From NCBI GenBank assembly GCA_002840505.1, contig PHBC01000003.1, positions 569,340 to 633,339 of the forward strand: a stretch of DNA of 64,000 nt, given 5' to 3'. Position 1 is the stretch's first letter. Every line of letters begins with the position of its first letter. Of this stretch, positions 39,349-49,075 are shown piece after piece. Source of the stretch: Deltaproteobacteria bacterium HGW-Deltaproteobacteria-2. GTDB lineage: Bacteria > Desulfobacterota > Syntrophia > Syntrophales > Smithellaceae. A program made the translations under genes and the position numbers. Below the pieces are notes generated by a model, which did not search any database, was not told the origin of the DNA, and was given only the letters and a program-made list of their open reading frames with translations.

Positions 39349-40836
39349 TTATGGTCTGAAATTCCCCAATGTCTTCCATGGAGAATTTGCCTCCGCGTCT
39401 GCCGTTGTAACCGTGACAGACCTTCTGCGGTTGGAAAGAGCGTCCACTATAAAGGCGACGGCCGCCAAGTCCTTTCCGGAAAGAGTGGGACTCCAATTAG
39501 CAAAGTGCTTATCGATAAAATCAGTATATGTCTCGCCGTTTTGAAAAGCCTGCGTTTTCAATATATCAACAAGAAAAGGGATAGGCGTCATTACACCGAG
39601 AATTACGTAATCGTTAAGAGCTCTTATCATTCTGCTGATACAGTCTTTCCTTGTCTCGGCGTAAACGATGAGCTTGGCAAGGATCGGATCGTATTCCATT
39701 GGAACGGTAAAACCGGAGTACACACCACAATCGTTCCTGATACCGGGACCGCGCGGTTCCCGAACGAAATGAATCTTGCCTGGTGAAGGCATGAATGCTT
39801 CCAGCGGATTTTCCGCGTAAATCCGGCACTCGATGGCATGACCACGCCCTGCTACATCCGACTGCTTTATATTTAATTTGCCACCGGCAGCTATCTCCAG
39901 CTGCTGGCGAACAAGATCGATGCCGGTTATCATTTCGGTGACAGGGTGTTCGACCTGAAGGCGGGTGTTTACCTCAAGGAAGTAAAATTTGCCGTCCTCA
40001 TCGAGAATAAATTCCACCGTGCCTGCGTTCACATAACCGGAGGCCTTCGCCGCTGCAACGGCGGCCTTGCCCATCTCGTCCCTTAGCTTCGGTGTAAGAG
40101 CAGTTGACGGCGTCTCTTCAATGATCTTCTGATGTCTGCGTTGTATCGAGCATTCGCGCTCCAACAGGTGTATTACATTCCCGAAGCCGTCCGCTAAAAT
40201 CTGGAACTCGACATGTCTGGGTTTTTCAATAAATTTCTCAAGATAAATCGCGCCATTTCCAAAGGCGTTTTTCGCCTCTCTTGCTGCAGCGTCACAGGCC
40301 TCAAGAAAATCGTTTTTGTTCCTGACAATTCTCATCCCCTTGCCGCCGCCACCGGCCGCGGCTTTAATAAGAACCGGATATCCTATCTTTTCAGCTTCTT
40401 TCGATAATACATTCGGATTTGTCTCCGGTTGCATCATACCGGGAATAATAGGTACACCGCTTTTGCTCATGATGCGCCGCGCCACAGTCTTATCGCCGAG
40501 GTCTTCTATTGCCTGAGGTGATGGACCGATAAAAACGATGTCCTCTTTTTTACATCTCCCGGCAAAGCCTGCATTCTCCGCCAAAAATCCATAACCGGGA
40601 TGAATCGCCTGCGCGCCGGTTTTGCGGCATGCAACGATGAGCTTATCTATATTGAGATAACTCTCTGAAGGCTCTGCGCTTCCGAGACAAACAGCCTGAT
40701 CTGCCTCGAGGACATGAAGTGAATCTTTGTCTACTTCGGAATATACCGCTACGGTCTTTATCCCCATCTCCCTGCACGTAGCGATGATGCGAACGGCTAT
40801 TTCTCCACGATTGGCAATGAGTATTTTATCGAACAT
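39349..40836 (-). CDS. Biotin carboxylase subunit of an acyl-CoA carboxylase
   Basis: IANRGEIA, HPGYGFLAEN, GGGGKGMR, RECSIQRRHQK, EVNTRLQVEH. Confidence 0.96.
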   Translation of the reverse strand: MFDKILIANRGEIAVRIIATCREMGIKTVAVYSEVDKDSLHVLEADQAVCLGSAEPSESYLNIDKLIVACRKTGAQAIHPGYGFLAENAGFAGRCKKEDIVFIGPSPQAIEDLGDKTVARRIMSKSGVPIIPGMMQPETNPNVLSKEAEKIGYPVLIKAAAGGGGKGMRIVRNKNDFLEACDAAAREAKNAFGNGAIYLEKFIEKPRHVEFQILADGFGNVIHLLERECSIQRRHQKIIEETPSTALTPKLRDEMGKAAVAAAKASGYVNAGTVEFILDEDGKFYFLEVNTRLQVEHPVTEMITGIDLVRQQLEIAAGGKLNIKQSDVAGRGHAIECRIYAENPLEAFMPSPGKIHFVREPRGPGIRNDCGVYSGFTVPMEYDPILAKLIVYAETRKDCISRMIRALNDYVILGVMTPIPFLVDILKTQAFQNGETYTDFIDKHFANWSPTLSGKDLAAVAFIVDALSNRRRSVTVTTADAEANSPWKTLGNFRP

Positions 40837-40906
40837 ATCTGCTCACCTTTTGCTTAGTTTCGATCCGACCTGTATTTTTTATTACACTTCTTACAAATTC
40901 CACCCA

Positions 40907-42523
40907 TCACATTCTAAAGATGCCGTAGCCGAAGACATCATGACGCAACGGAGCGTTGAGCGAGGCTGATATTGCAAGACCAAGCACGTCACGTGTTTCG
41001 GCAGGATCGAGTATACCGTCATCCCATATGTTCGCCGTGCTGTGATAGGCGTTCATCTCGCTGCGCGCCGCTTCGACGATCGGCTTTTTGATAAAATCAA
41101 CTTCTTCCGGCGTCAGAGGAGGTAATCCCGCCTTGGCGTTCTGATCATTTCTGAGGGTCACGAGTACATCCGCCGCCTGCTCCCCGCCCATTACTCCGAT
41201 CTGCGCGTTCGGCCACATCCACAGAAAACGCGGAGAGTATGCCCTGCCACACATTCCATAGTTGCCCGCTCCAAATGACGCGCCCACAACAACCGTGAAC
41301 TTCGGCACAGTACAGGTGGATACGGCATTGACCATCTTGTGCCCATCCTTCGTGATACCAAGCTTTTCATACTGACTTCCGATAATAAAGCCGTTTATAT
41401 TTTGCAGAAACAACAGAGGTATTCCGCGCTTGTCGCAAAGCTGAATAAATTGAGTGCCCTTTAACGCGCTATTCGAAAATAAAACGCCGTTGTTGCCCAA
41501 TATGCCGACTGGATAGCCATGTATGTGAGCAAAACCGCACACGAGGGTGGGTCCATAGAGTTCCTTGAACTCGAGAAATTCGCTGCCGTCCACCAAACGC
41601 GCAATCACCTCACGGCAATCATAGGGCACCCTGAGGTCGCGGCTCACGATTCCATAGAGCTCTTTAGGATCATACAGAGGCGGTTTTACATCCATCATCG
41701 TGAGTTTTGTTTTTTCTTTTTTCGGCAACATCTTTACGATATTTCTGACAATCGTTATCGCGTGCGCTTCGTCCTCAGCGAAATAATCGGAGACACCTGA
41801 TTCCGCGCAATGCACCATCGCTCCACCGAGCTGTTCTGCGGTTACTTCTTCGCCCGTGGCAGCCAGAACAAGCGGCGGTCCACCCAGGAATATTGCACCG
41901 GTTCCCTTGACGTGCACAACGTCATCCGACATAGCAGGGACATAGGCACCACCGGCTGTACATAGTCCCATTACGGCCGTTATTTGAGGTATACCCATCT
42001 TCGAGACTATTGCCTGATTGTAGAATATTCTACCGCCGTCATCGACGTCCGGGAATATTTCCGATTGGAGAGGCAGGTACGCACCGGCCGAGTCGAGAAG
42101 ACTTATCATGGGCAGGTGGTTTTCCATAGCTATGGTCTGACAGCGCAGAGTTTTTTTCACACCCATTGGATAGACGGCACCGCCTTTTATTGTAGCATCG
42201 CTTCCTGACGCAATAACTTCGCGTCCTTCGACAATACCGATACCAACCACATTACCGGCGCCGTGCACGTTGCCGTCATACATGCCCTTGGCCGCAAGCG
42301 GAGCGATCTCCAAAAACGGCGTATTTTTATCCAGGAGCATATCAAGCTTTTTGCGTATCATGAGCTTGCCCTGCGCGGCCAAACGATCGATGGTTTTTTG
42401 TGGTCGATCTTCCCTGGCTTTTTTCAACTCTCGCTTCAGCTCGGATACCAAGGCTTCCATCGCCTCATAATTCTTTTTATATTCATCCGATTTTGTATCG
42501 ACCTTAGTTTCTATGATATCCAT
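40907..42523 (-). CDS. Methylcrotonyl/geranyl-CoA carboxylase carboxyltransferase subunit
   Basis: KGGAVYP, GLCTAGGAYVPAM, GASFGAGNYGMCGRAY, VMGGEQAA, FGYGIFRM. Confidence 0.93.
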   Translation of the reverse strand: MDIIETKVDTKSDEYKKNYEAMEALVSELKRELKKAREDRPQKTIDRLAAQGKLMIRKKLDMLLDKNTPFLEIAPLAAKGMYDGNVHGAGNVVGIGIVEGREVIASGSDATIKGGAVYPMGVKKTLRCQTIAMENHLPMISLLDSAGAYLPLQSEIFPDVDDGGRIFYNQAIVSKMGIPQITAVMGLCTAGGAYVPAMSDDVVHVKGTGAIFLGGPPLVLAATGEEVTAEQLGGAMVHCAESGVSDYFAEDEAHAITIVRNIVKMLPKKEKTKLTMMDVKPPLYDPKELYGIVSRDLRVPYDCREVIARLVDGSEFLEFKELYGPTLVCGFAHIHGYPVGILGNNGVLFSNSALKGTQFIQLCDKRGIPLLFLQNINGFIIGSQYEKLGITKDGHKMVNAVSTCTVPKFTVVVGASFGAGNYGMCGRAYSPRFLWMWPNAQIGVMGGEQAADVLVTLRNDQNAKAGLPPLTPEEVDFIKKPIVEAARSEMNAYHSTANIWDDGILDPAETRDVLGLAISASLNAPLRHDVFGYGIFRM

Positions 42524-42605
42524 AATAGCGCACCCCCCAGAAATCAGCTTATATTCATTAACAATTATTCATTCGAATTATTTAACAATCTTCAAATGCA
42601 AAGAT

Positions 42606-43757
42606 CTAAGCCATTCTCTCCAGATCATATTTCGAAATAAACGCGCGCTGCATCTCCGATGTGCCTTCGCATATCTCGCCGAACTTCGCGTCGCGGTAAT
42701 AACGCTCGATATCGCTTCCGGAAATATACCCGTGACCGGCGAATATCTGCATTCCCCAATTCACAATCTTCGTTACGGCCTCGCTCGCAAAAAGTTTCGC
42801 GCAGGAGGATAGTAGCCGCGCATTCTTTTCCGACTGATTGACTCCCCACGCAGCCCTGAGGGCAAGCATCCTTCCCAAGTCATTGTATGTGAACATATCG
42901 GCCAGTCTAAAACCGACGTCCTGGAAAATCCCGATGCGCTTACCGAATGCCGTCCTCGTTTTCGCATAAGCGTTCGCGCCTTCCATGCAGGCAAGCCCTA
43001 TTCCAACACAAAGCGCAGCGATTCCAATGGTGCCGATACTCAACAATTTTTCGAGTTCCTCATGTCCCTTGCCCGGTTCATTGCCTAATAACTCGGCAGC
43101 ACATCCGTTCATCGATACAGAAGCAATAGGACAACCGCGAAGTCCTAATGTCTCTATCGGAGTGCCGATGCTCATCCCAGATGCACTTTTATCAACGATG
43201 AACATGCTCATTCCCTTATCTTTACCCGCATTCTTATCGCTATATGCGAGAACTACAAAAATATCAGCAATCGGCGCGTTTACAACAATGTCTTTCTTCC
43301 CGTTCAATATCCATTTATTACCTTCTTTTTTTGCTACGGTTGTTATTCCGGCGATATCTGTTCCGGCCTGCTCCTCAGAATAGGCAAAGGCACCTATTTT
43401 CTCGCCGTTAATAATTGCGTTGATATATTTATCCTGTTGTTCTTTGCTTCCGAAGAGCTTTATTGCCCCCGCGCAAAAAAAGGCACTGGCACGTGAGCTC
43501 AGGTAAGTCGAAGGACATGCTTTTGCTATCTCTTCGCCTGCCAGATACATCTCCACCATATTAAGCGCATCGGCGGAATATCCGATTTTCAAACAACCTC
43601 CCCCGGCAAGGAGTTTAATATTCTCTTTCATATTTTTACAGGCATCATCGCGCGAAGAGCCGTCGAGCATCTTAGCTCTCGGAGCTATTTTTTCCCTGCA
43701 ATAAGCCGCAACGTTTTCTTGTAATTTTGTTTCTTCTGCTGAAAGTTGATAATCCAT
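42606..43757 (-). CDS. Acyl-CoA dehydrogenase
   Basis: AYSEEQAGTD, RTAFGKRI..FQ, QIFAGHGY, ICEGTSE. Start at ATG 43757 after GGAGG. Confidence 0.92.
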   Translation of the reverse strand: MDYQLSAEETKLQENVAAYCREKIAPRAKMLDGSSRDDACKNMKENIKLLAGGGCLKIGYSADALNMVEMYLAGEEIAKACPSTYLSSRASAFFCAGAIKLFGSKEQQDKYINAIINGEKIGAFAYSEEQAGTDIAGITTVAKKEGNKWILNGKKDIVVNAPIADIFVVLAYSDKNAGKDKGMSMFIVDKSASGMSIGTPIETLGLRGCPIASVSMNGCAAELLGNEPGKGHEELEKLLSIGTIGIAALCVGIGLACMEGANAYAKTRTAFGKRIGIFQDVGFRLADMFTYNDLGRMLALRAAWGVNQSEKNARLLSSCAKLFASEAVTKIVNWGMQIFAGHGYISGSDIERYYRDAKFGEICEGTSEMQRAFISKYDLERMA

Positions 43758-43862
43758 ATTATAACCTCCATTAAGTGACGCTTTTAGGCGTTTTGATCCC
43801 GCATTGTTTCTTGTTCCGATATAGAGCAAAAATCCGTGCCATTTGGCCGCGGGCAATATTCG

Positions 43863-45011
43863 CTACATCATCATAACTCTTGATACTATCATGCGCATGA
43901 TATCGGATGTGCCACCTCCGATAGTGGCAAGCTTCGAATCCCTAAACGCTCTTTCTACAGGATATTCATGCATAAATCCGTAACCACCGAATATCTGCAC
44001 GGCCTCCGATGACATCTCAACGCCCCTGTCACCAACATAGAGCTTGCTGACAGCGGCCTGAAGAGGATTTAACATCTGACCCCTATCCTTGGCGGAAGCC
44101 ACCCTGTATATCGCTAATTTTATCATTTCATTATAAACTCTCATCTCCGCAAGCTTTCGCTGGATCGCCTGGAAACTCCCGATAGGCCGCCCAAACTGGT
44201 GACGTTCATTGGCATATTTCGCGCAAAGATCGAGGCCGAGCATGGATGCTCCGAGCATCGGTGAAAGAAGCGTACATCTATCCCACTCGACACCGGATAA
44301 TGCAATAATCCATCCCTTACCTTCGCCGCCGAGTACGTTCTCTTCCGGTACCTCACAGTCCTCAAAAAAGACCTCTGAAGTTGCCGAGCATTTGCATCCA
44401 AGTTTATGAAACGGCTTGCCTGTGGAAAGTCCCTTGGTGCCTTTTTCAATAATAAAAGCGGTAATGCCTTCGTGCTTCTTCGAGTGATCGGCATTAGCGA
44501 ATATGACGAACACGTCTGATACCGGTGCGTTGGTAATGAATGTCTTCGATCCGTTAATAATGTATCGGTCGCCCTTCTTTACTGCCGTTGTTCGCATCGA
44601 TGCAGCATCGGAACCGGACCCCGGCTCGGTTAATCCCATGCAGCCAATCCACTCGCTATTGGCAAGCTTGGGTATATATTTCTTCTTCTGCTCGTCGTTT
44701 CCGAATGTGTAGATATTGTGAGCGCAAAGGTATGTGTGTGCGCCCCACGCCAGAAGTGTACCTCCGTCGACGCCCGCTTGGCCGAGAGCCTCTCCTGCCA
44801 GACAACAGCTGACTATGTCAGCTCCGCCGCCACCGAGTTCCTCCGGAAACGGAAGTCCCAGTATGCCGTAAGAAGCGAGCTTGCCCCAAATTTCCGGGCT
44901 GAATTCACCCTTAAGGTCGGCCGCCTCGCATAACGGAGCTATTTGTTCTTTGCCATAACGGTAAACCGAATCCCTGAACATCAACTGCTCTTCAGTAAAA
45001 TTAAATTCCAT
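43863..45011 (-). CDS. Acyl-CoA dehydrogenase (isovaleryl/citronellyl-CoA-like)
   Basis: GLTEPGSGSD, KTFITNA, RHQFGRPIGSFQ, QIFGGYG, TIGGGTS (no C-terminal Glu, as in IVD-type enzymes). Confidence 0.93.
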   Translation of the reverse strand: MEFNFTEEQLMFRDSVYRYGKEQIAPLCEAADLKGEFSPEIWGKLASYGILGLPFPEELGGGGADIVSCCLAGEALGQAGVDGGTLLAWGAHTYLCAHNIYTFGNDEQKKKYIPKLANSEWIGCMGLTEPGSGSDAASMRTTAVKKGDRYIINGSKTFITNAPVSDVFVIFANADHSKKHEGITAFIIEKGTKGLSTGKPFHKLGCKCSATSEVFFEDCEVPEENVLGGEGKGWIIALSGVEWDRCTLLSPMLGASMLGLDLCAKYANERHQFGRPIGSFQAIQRKLAEMRVYNEMIKLAIYRVASAKDRGQMLNPLQAAVSKLYVGDRGVEMSSEAVQIFGGYGFMHEYPVERAFRDSKLATIGGGTSDIMRMIVSRVMMM

Positions 45012-45084
45012 AACCTCCCCCTTTTATGATTGTGGAACCCATCGTCAAGGCACGATGCACCATGCCCTTAACAATTAACTGCTT

Positions 45085-45690
45085 TTACTTTTTTAAAATG
45101 ATATCCATGATTTGATCCCTCATTTTCTCCGAATATTCTCCGTAATTAAACGCGTTTTCGTCGATAAAATGCTGGATCATCGTACCCTCAACAAGAGATA
45201 GAATCAGTATGGACATATAATTCACATCCATCTCTTTAAAAACACCCTTCTGAATTCCTTCCTTAAGAATCGCAACGCACTCATCGCGGTAACTCTGAAA
45301 AAGCTTTATATTCGCCTGCTTCATGCGGTTACTGCGGTTTACCTGTGACCAAAAATCGATAATAACATGAAAATATTCCTTTTCCTTCGCCACAAGACCG
45401 AAAGCCTGATCAATATAAGTTTTAATCTTGACGACAGGATCTTCTGTCTTGACCATTTCGCTGACCAGCATCTCTTTAATGTTCGCGTTCGTTTCCCTGA
45501 TGAGATTGAGCAGGAGATCATGTTTATCTTTGAAATAATAATGAACCAGACCAGCGGATAGTCCGGTTTCCCTGGAGATATCTTTAATTGTAAAATTGTA
45601 ATATCCTTTCCGGCTGACAACCCTATATGCAGCCTTGGTCAGCTGTGATCTCCTCATGTTCGATATATGACTTCGCTTCTTATCTTCCAT
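45085..45690 (-). CDS. TetR/BetI family transcriptional regulator
   Basis: TIKDISRETGLSAGLVHYYFKDK HTH. Confidence 0.93.
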   Translation of the reverse strand: MEDKKRSHISNMRRSQLTKAAYRVVSRKGYYNFTIKDISRETGLSAGLVHYYFKDKHDLLLNLIRETNANIKEMLVSEMVKTEDPVVKIKTYIDQAFGLVAKEKEYFHVIIDFWSQVNRSNRMKQANIKLFQSYRDECVAILKEGIQKGVFKEMDVNYMSILILSLVEGTMIQHFIDENAFNYGEYSEKMRDQIMDIILKK

Positions 45691-45850
45691 TATGTGTTCG
45701 TCCTGTTCCTTTTTTTATATTCATTGATAAGGGATTTTCATGAATAACCCTTACTAAAATTATCTTATTTCGGCTGGAAGCAATAAAACATATCCGCATA
45801 TTTTTTTAAAAAAATACTAAATTTCATCGACTTAAATCAATATCAAATTT

Positions 45851-45870
45851 TTGATTGGTCGTCCAATCAA
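45851..45870. promoter_or_regulatory. Putative TetR operator
   Basis: Perfect palindrome TTGATTGG-tcgt-CCAATCAA, 160 nt upstream of tetR. Confidence 0.65.
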
Positions 45871-46112
45871 TTGCTAAATAATAAAATATTTGCATTATGT
45901 CAATAAAAAAATTTATGAAAATTATCCAATCGCTTCTATCAGCTCTTTGAATATTTCAAATAGTAATCATCAAATTTTAATACTCTTAAAACTGACCCTC
46001 TGCAGGCAAAAGAAAGCAAAATACAAAATCAATTATCATTGTTCTCGACAATCGAATAATAAATCCGGAATATTAATATAATAAGATCGTGATGGAATTA
46101 TTAGACAAGTAG

Positions 46113-46218
46113 AAACAGGGGGCACGAAAAGCAAACGGTACGGCTAAACAACAAAGTACCGTAGAAGAAAAGGGGGCTAACAGTAAACTGATATCCCGAA
46201 CAGAACAAATTTACAGGT
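46113..46218 (+). ncRNA. Conserved structured leader, copy 1 (candidate cis-regulatory RNA)
   Basis: 95/106 nt gapless identity to the reverse complement of 63593-63698; stem ACGGTAC/GTACCGT. Confidence 0.45.
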
Positions 46219-46789
46219 CAACCAAGAATATCTTATGCTCAAAGTGATTACGTCATTCATTCAAGAACAGGAAGTAGGCTGATTTATGCACAACAAAGTC
46301 GGAAGACCCTTTTTCATTTTTGTTAACTTAACTTTACGTCTTCATAACATTTTCTGCCTATTTTAGGCCCTAAAATTTGCTATTAAGCCTAAACTTATTT
46401 TTTATGTTATTCAAAAAATATTTTAAAATAATAAGATTGAAGTTCTGCTGGTCATGTAAAAAATTATTTGTTGACAAAAAAATATTAAAGTTTTAAAAGA
46501 TGAAGAAAAGGTCACATTTCAGTTGTTGTTTAGTAGTATTCTTATGTTAAAACATTAGAGGGAATTCACTCACATGGTAGCACGTACTGCAGGTATTATT
46601 TTCCCAATACTGTTTATGTAAATTAAGTATCACTACTTAATTTAAAGTATTTTTATAAGTTAATTTTCTTTCAGGATTAATTTCTATACTGAAGCTCTGC
46701 CGGTAATACATCACGCGAAGACAGCTCGGTTCTGTGGATTACTGAAAATAATTATATTAACAATTAAAATAAAACATGAAGGAGTATTT

Positions 46790-47884
46790 ATGAAGTGTAA
46801 AAAAGTTGTATCGTTTCTGTGCATTGGACTACTCATGGTATTTTTTATGGGGACAGCATATGCACTTACGCCTAAGGAAAAATATGCAAATCTTCCGAGC
46901 ATGAAGCATTTAAAAAAAGTCAAGCCAAATGGTGATTATACGTATGTTGTCAAATGCGCAACGCTCGCTCCTGATGGGGTAGGCTGGGTTGCCATAATCA
47001 AAGATATGATTACTCCCGGGTTTTATAAGGTGACAGACGGTCTAGTGAGCTTGAGCTGGTATTATGGCGGGACAATGGGAGACGATCAGGACATATTAGC
47101 CAAAATGCGTAACGGGCAATTGCAGGGAGGCGCATTTTCCGGACAGGGAATTGTAATGGCTTGTCCGGAGATGGCATTGATGGAGCTTCCGTTCATGTTT
47201 GAGAATTATGACGAAGTGGAATATGTTTACTCTAAGTTAAGACCCCGCATTAGCCAGTGGTATGAAAAGAGAGGATACCACCTTATTGTGTTGGCGGAAC
47301 AGGATTTTGATCAAATCTATTCCACGAAACACGAAATCAGGACGCCTGATGATTTTAAGAATGCCCGCTTTTTAACATGGTACGGGCCGCTGGAAGAGAG
47401 AACTTTGAAAGCGATGGGTGGGAGTCCTTTGCCGATTCGCATACCTGAGGTAGCAGCTTCGATCCGCACAGGTGTTTGCGATGCCTTCATCACCCCGGCT
47501 CTGTGGTCGGTCGGTACTCAGATGTATACTGTAATGAAATACATCAATCCTGTTCGAATACGATATTCACCGGCAGCCGGTCTTATAATGTTACCGACAT
47601 GGAATCTTTTACCTAAGGAAATTCAGAGTGCTATTGATAATTTTGCAATATCAGTAGAGAAGGATTTCAGGCAGAAAGTCCGCGCCGGTAATGAAAAATG
47701 CCTTAAAGCGATGATTAAGTACGGCATGATAGAGACTAAGCTGACTCCGGCTGAAATTGAGGTTTGGAAAAAAAGAGTCCTTCCTCTTTGGGATGAATTT
47801 GCCGCAAAGGGTTACTATTCCAAGGCTGAGTTAAATGAGGTTAAGGGTCTTGTTGCGGAATATCGAGCTAAGCATAAAAAATAA
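46790..47884 (+). CDS. dctP: TRAP transporter substrate-binding protein DctP (TatP-like)
   Basis: Signal peptide; ATLAPDG, YYGGTMGD, KMRNGQLQG, ELPFMF. Confidence 0.9.
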   Translation: MKCKKVVSFLCIGLLMVFFMGTAYALTPKEKYANLPSMKHLKKVKPNGDYTYVVKCATLAPDGVGWVAIIKDMITPGFYKVTDGLVSLSWYYGGTMGDDQDILAKMRNGQLQGGAFSGQGIVMACPEMALMELPFMFENYDEVEYVYSKLRPRISQWYEKRGYHLIVLAEQDFDQIYSTKHEIRTPDDFKNARFLTWYGPLEERTLKAMGGSPLPIRIPEVAASIRTGVCDAFITPALWSVGTQMYTVMKYINPVRIRYSPAAGLIMLPTWNLLPKEIQSAIDNFAISVEKDFRQKVRAGNEKCLKAMIKYGMIETKLTPAEIEVWKKRVLPLWDEFAAKGYYSKAELNEVKGLVAEYRAKHKK

Positions 47885-47914
47885 ATAGTCTGTTCAGTTC
47901 TTAAGGAGACTGGA

Positions 47915-48838
47915 ATGATGGGAAAAAAATTGAAACTGTTTTTCAAGAGTATTTCAATCCTCTGCTTGATCGTTTTTCTTGCCGCTGGTTTTTCCGGGTG
48001 TGCGACGATAAGGCACACTGCACAAAGAACCGCCGTTCCCATGCTGGATACATCGGTGGACGATCTTGTTAGTAATCTTCTGAGGACGAAAAATGGTGCT
48101 TTTATCAAAGATGGTCTGCCCGGGGCTCTGCTGATTGTTACTGGTCTAACCGAAATGGCGCCGACAAATTATAGACTGCTGGCAAGAACGTCTTTCTTGT
48201 ATGCGGCCTATGGTCTGTTTATAGAGGACGGAAATGAAGATTACGCCATTTCACTGTACAAGGTCGGAACAGAGTATGGTTTGCGGGCCATGAAAGTCAA
48301 TAATAGCAAATTTCGTAAAGCAGTAGAAAGTGGAACTCCTATTTATAAGGCTGCCAAATTACTGACGAAGGATGATTTGGAGGGTCTTACCTGGTACGGA
48401 ATCAATCTTGCCAAACGGGCGACTTTACAACTGGCTGTTCCGGAGGAAACTACGGATGTTCAGGATGCCATTGCCACGGCAAAGCGCTCTACTGAGCTCG
48501 ATCCGAATTATGCCTGGGGAGCCAACTGGGTCATTCTGGGTATCTTTTATGCGGTCGTACCATCCTACGGCGGCTTGGGTAGTGGGGAGAAACCATCCAG
48601 GGATGCGTTTATTAACGCCAACAAAGTAGAAAAGGGAGATCTTGGATTGATAGATACAATGGTAGCGAGGTATCTATGCCCGCTCCTCAAGGATGAAGAC
48701 TGGTATGACCAGTTGAATAAACGGGTAATAGAGATGGATAACTGTAATATGCGCGAAGATCTGTGTATAATGAACGAACTGGCCAAACAGAAGGCGCGGT
48801 ACAACATGGAAAATAAAGTCAGATATATGGGTTATTAA
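47915..48838 (+). CDS. TRAP-T (TPAT) TatT component lipoprotein
   Basis: Lipobox FSGC, helical TPR-like body, ELDPNY, PSYGGLG, NELAKQKA; follows dctP. Confidence 0.75.
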   Translation: MMGKKLKLFFKSISILCLIVFLAAGFSGCATIRHTAQRTAVPMLDTSVDDLVSNLLRTKNGAFIKDGLPGALLIVTGLTEMAPTNYRLLARTSFLYAAYGLFIEDGNEDYAISLYKVGTEYGLRAMKVNNSKFRKAVESGTPIYKAAKLLTKDDLEGLTWYGINLAKRATLQLAVPEETTDVQDAIATAKRSTELDPNYAWGANWVILGIFYAVVPSYGGLGSGEKPSRDAFINANKVEKGDLGLIDTMVARYLCPLLKDEDWYDQLNKRVIEMDNCNMREDLCIMNELAKQKARYNMENKVRYMGY

Positions 48839-49021
48839 AGGTAATATATTCCAACCTGCTTCTCTCTATTTACAAGCTCCTGATTCTGGGAAATGTCAAT
48901 AGCTGAGAAGCAGTAAGTGGAGTCTATATCCCATACATTTCAATTTTTTATTTGATCACTGTTGCGCATTACCCAAAGCCAGCTGTCAAAGCCAATCGTG
49001 GGCTTATATCATCGCTTATAC

Positions 49022-49058
49022 TATATTGGCGACGGTGTTCATCTTTTGATACCGTCGC
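49022..49058. terminator. Hairpin between convergent tatT and GMC genes
   Basis: GCGACGGT...ACCGTCGC stem. Confidence 0.4.
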
Positions 49059-49075
49059 AAAAAGTCGCAAATCCG

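Noticed and set aside
46113..46218. c-di-GMP-I riboswitch or sigma54 promoter
   Set aside because: GCAAAC and GGCAC are present, but the GAAA tetraloop/GACGCAAAG pattern and the GG-N10-GC spacing do not match.
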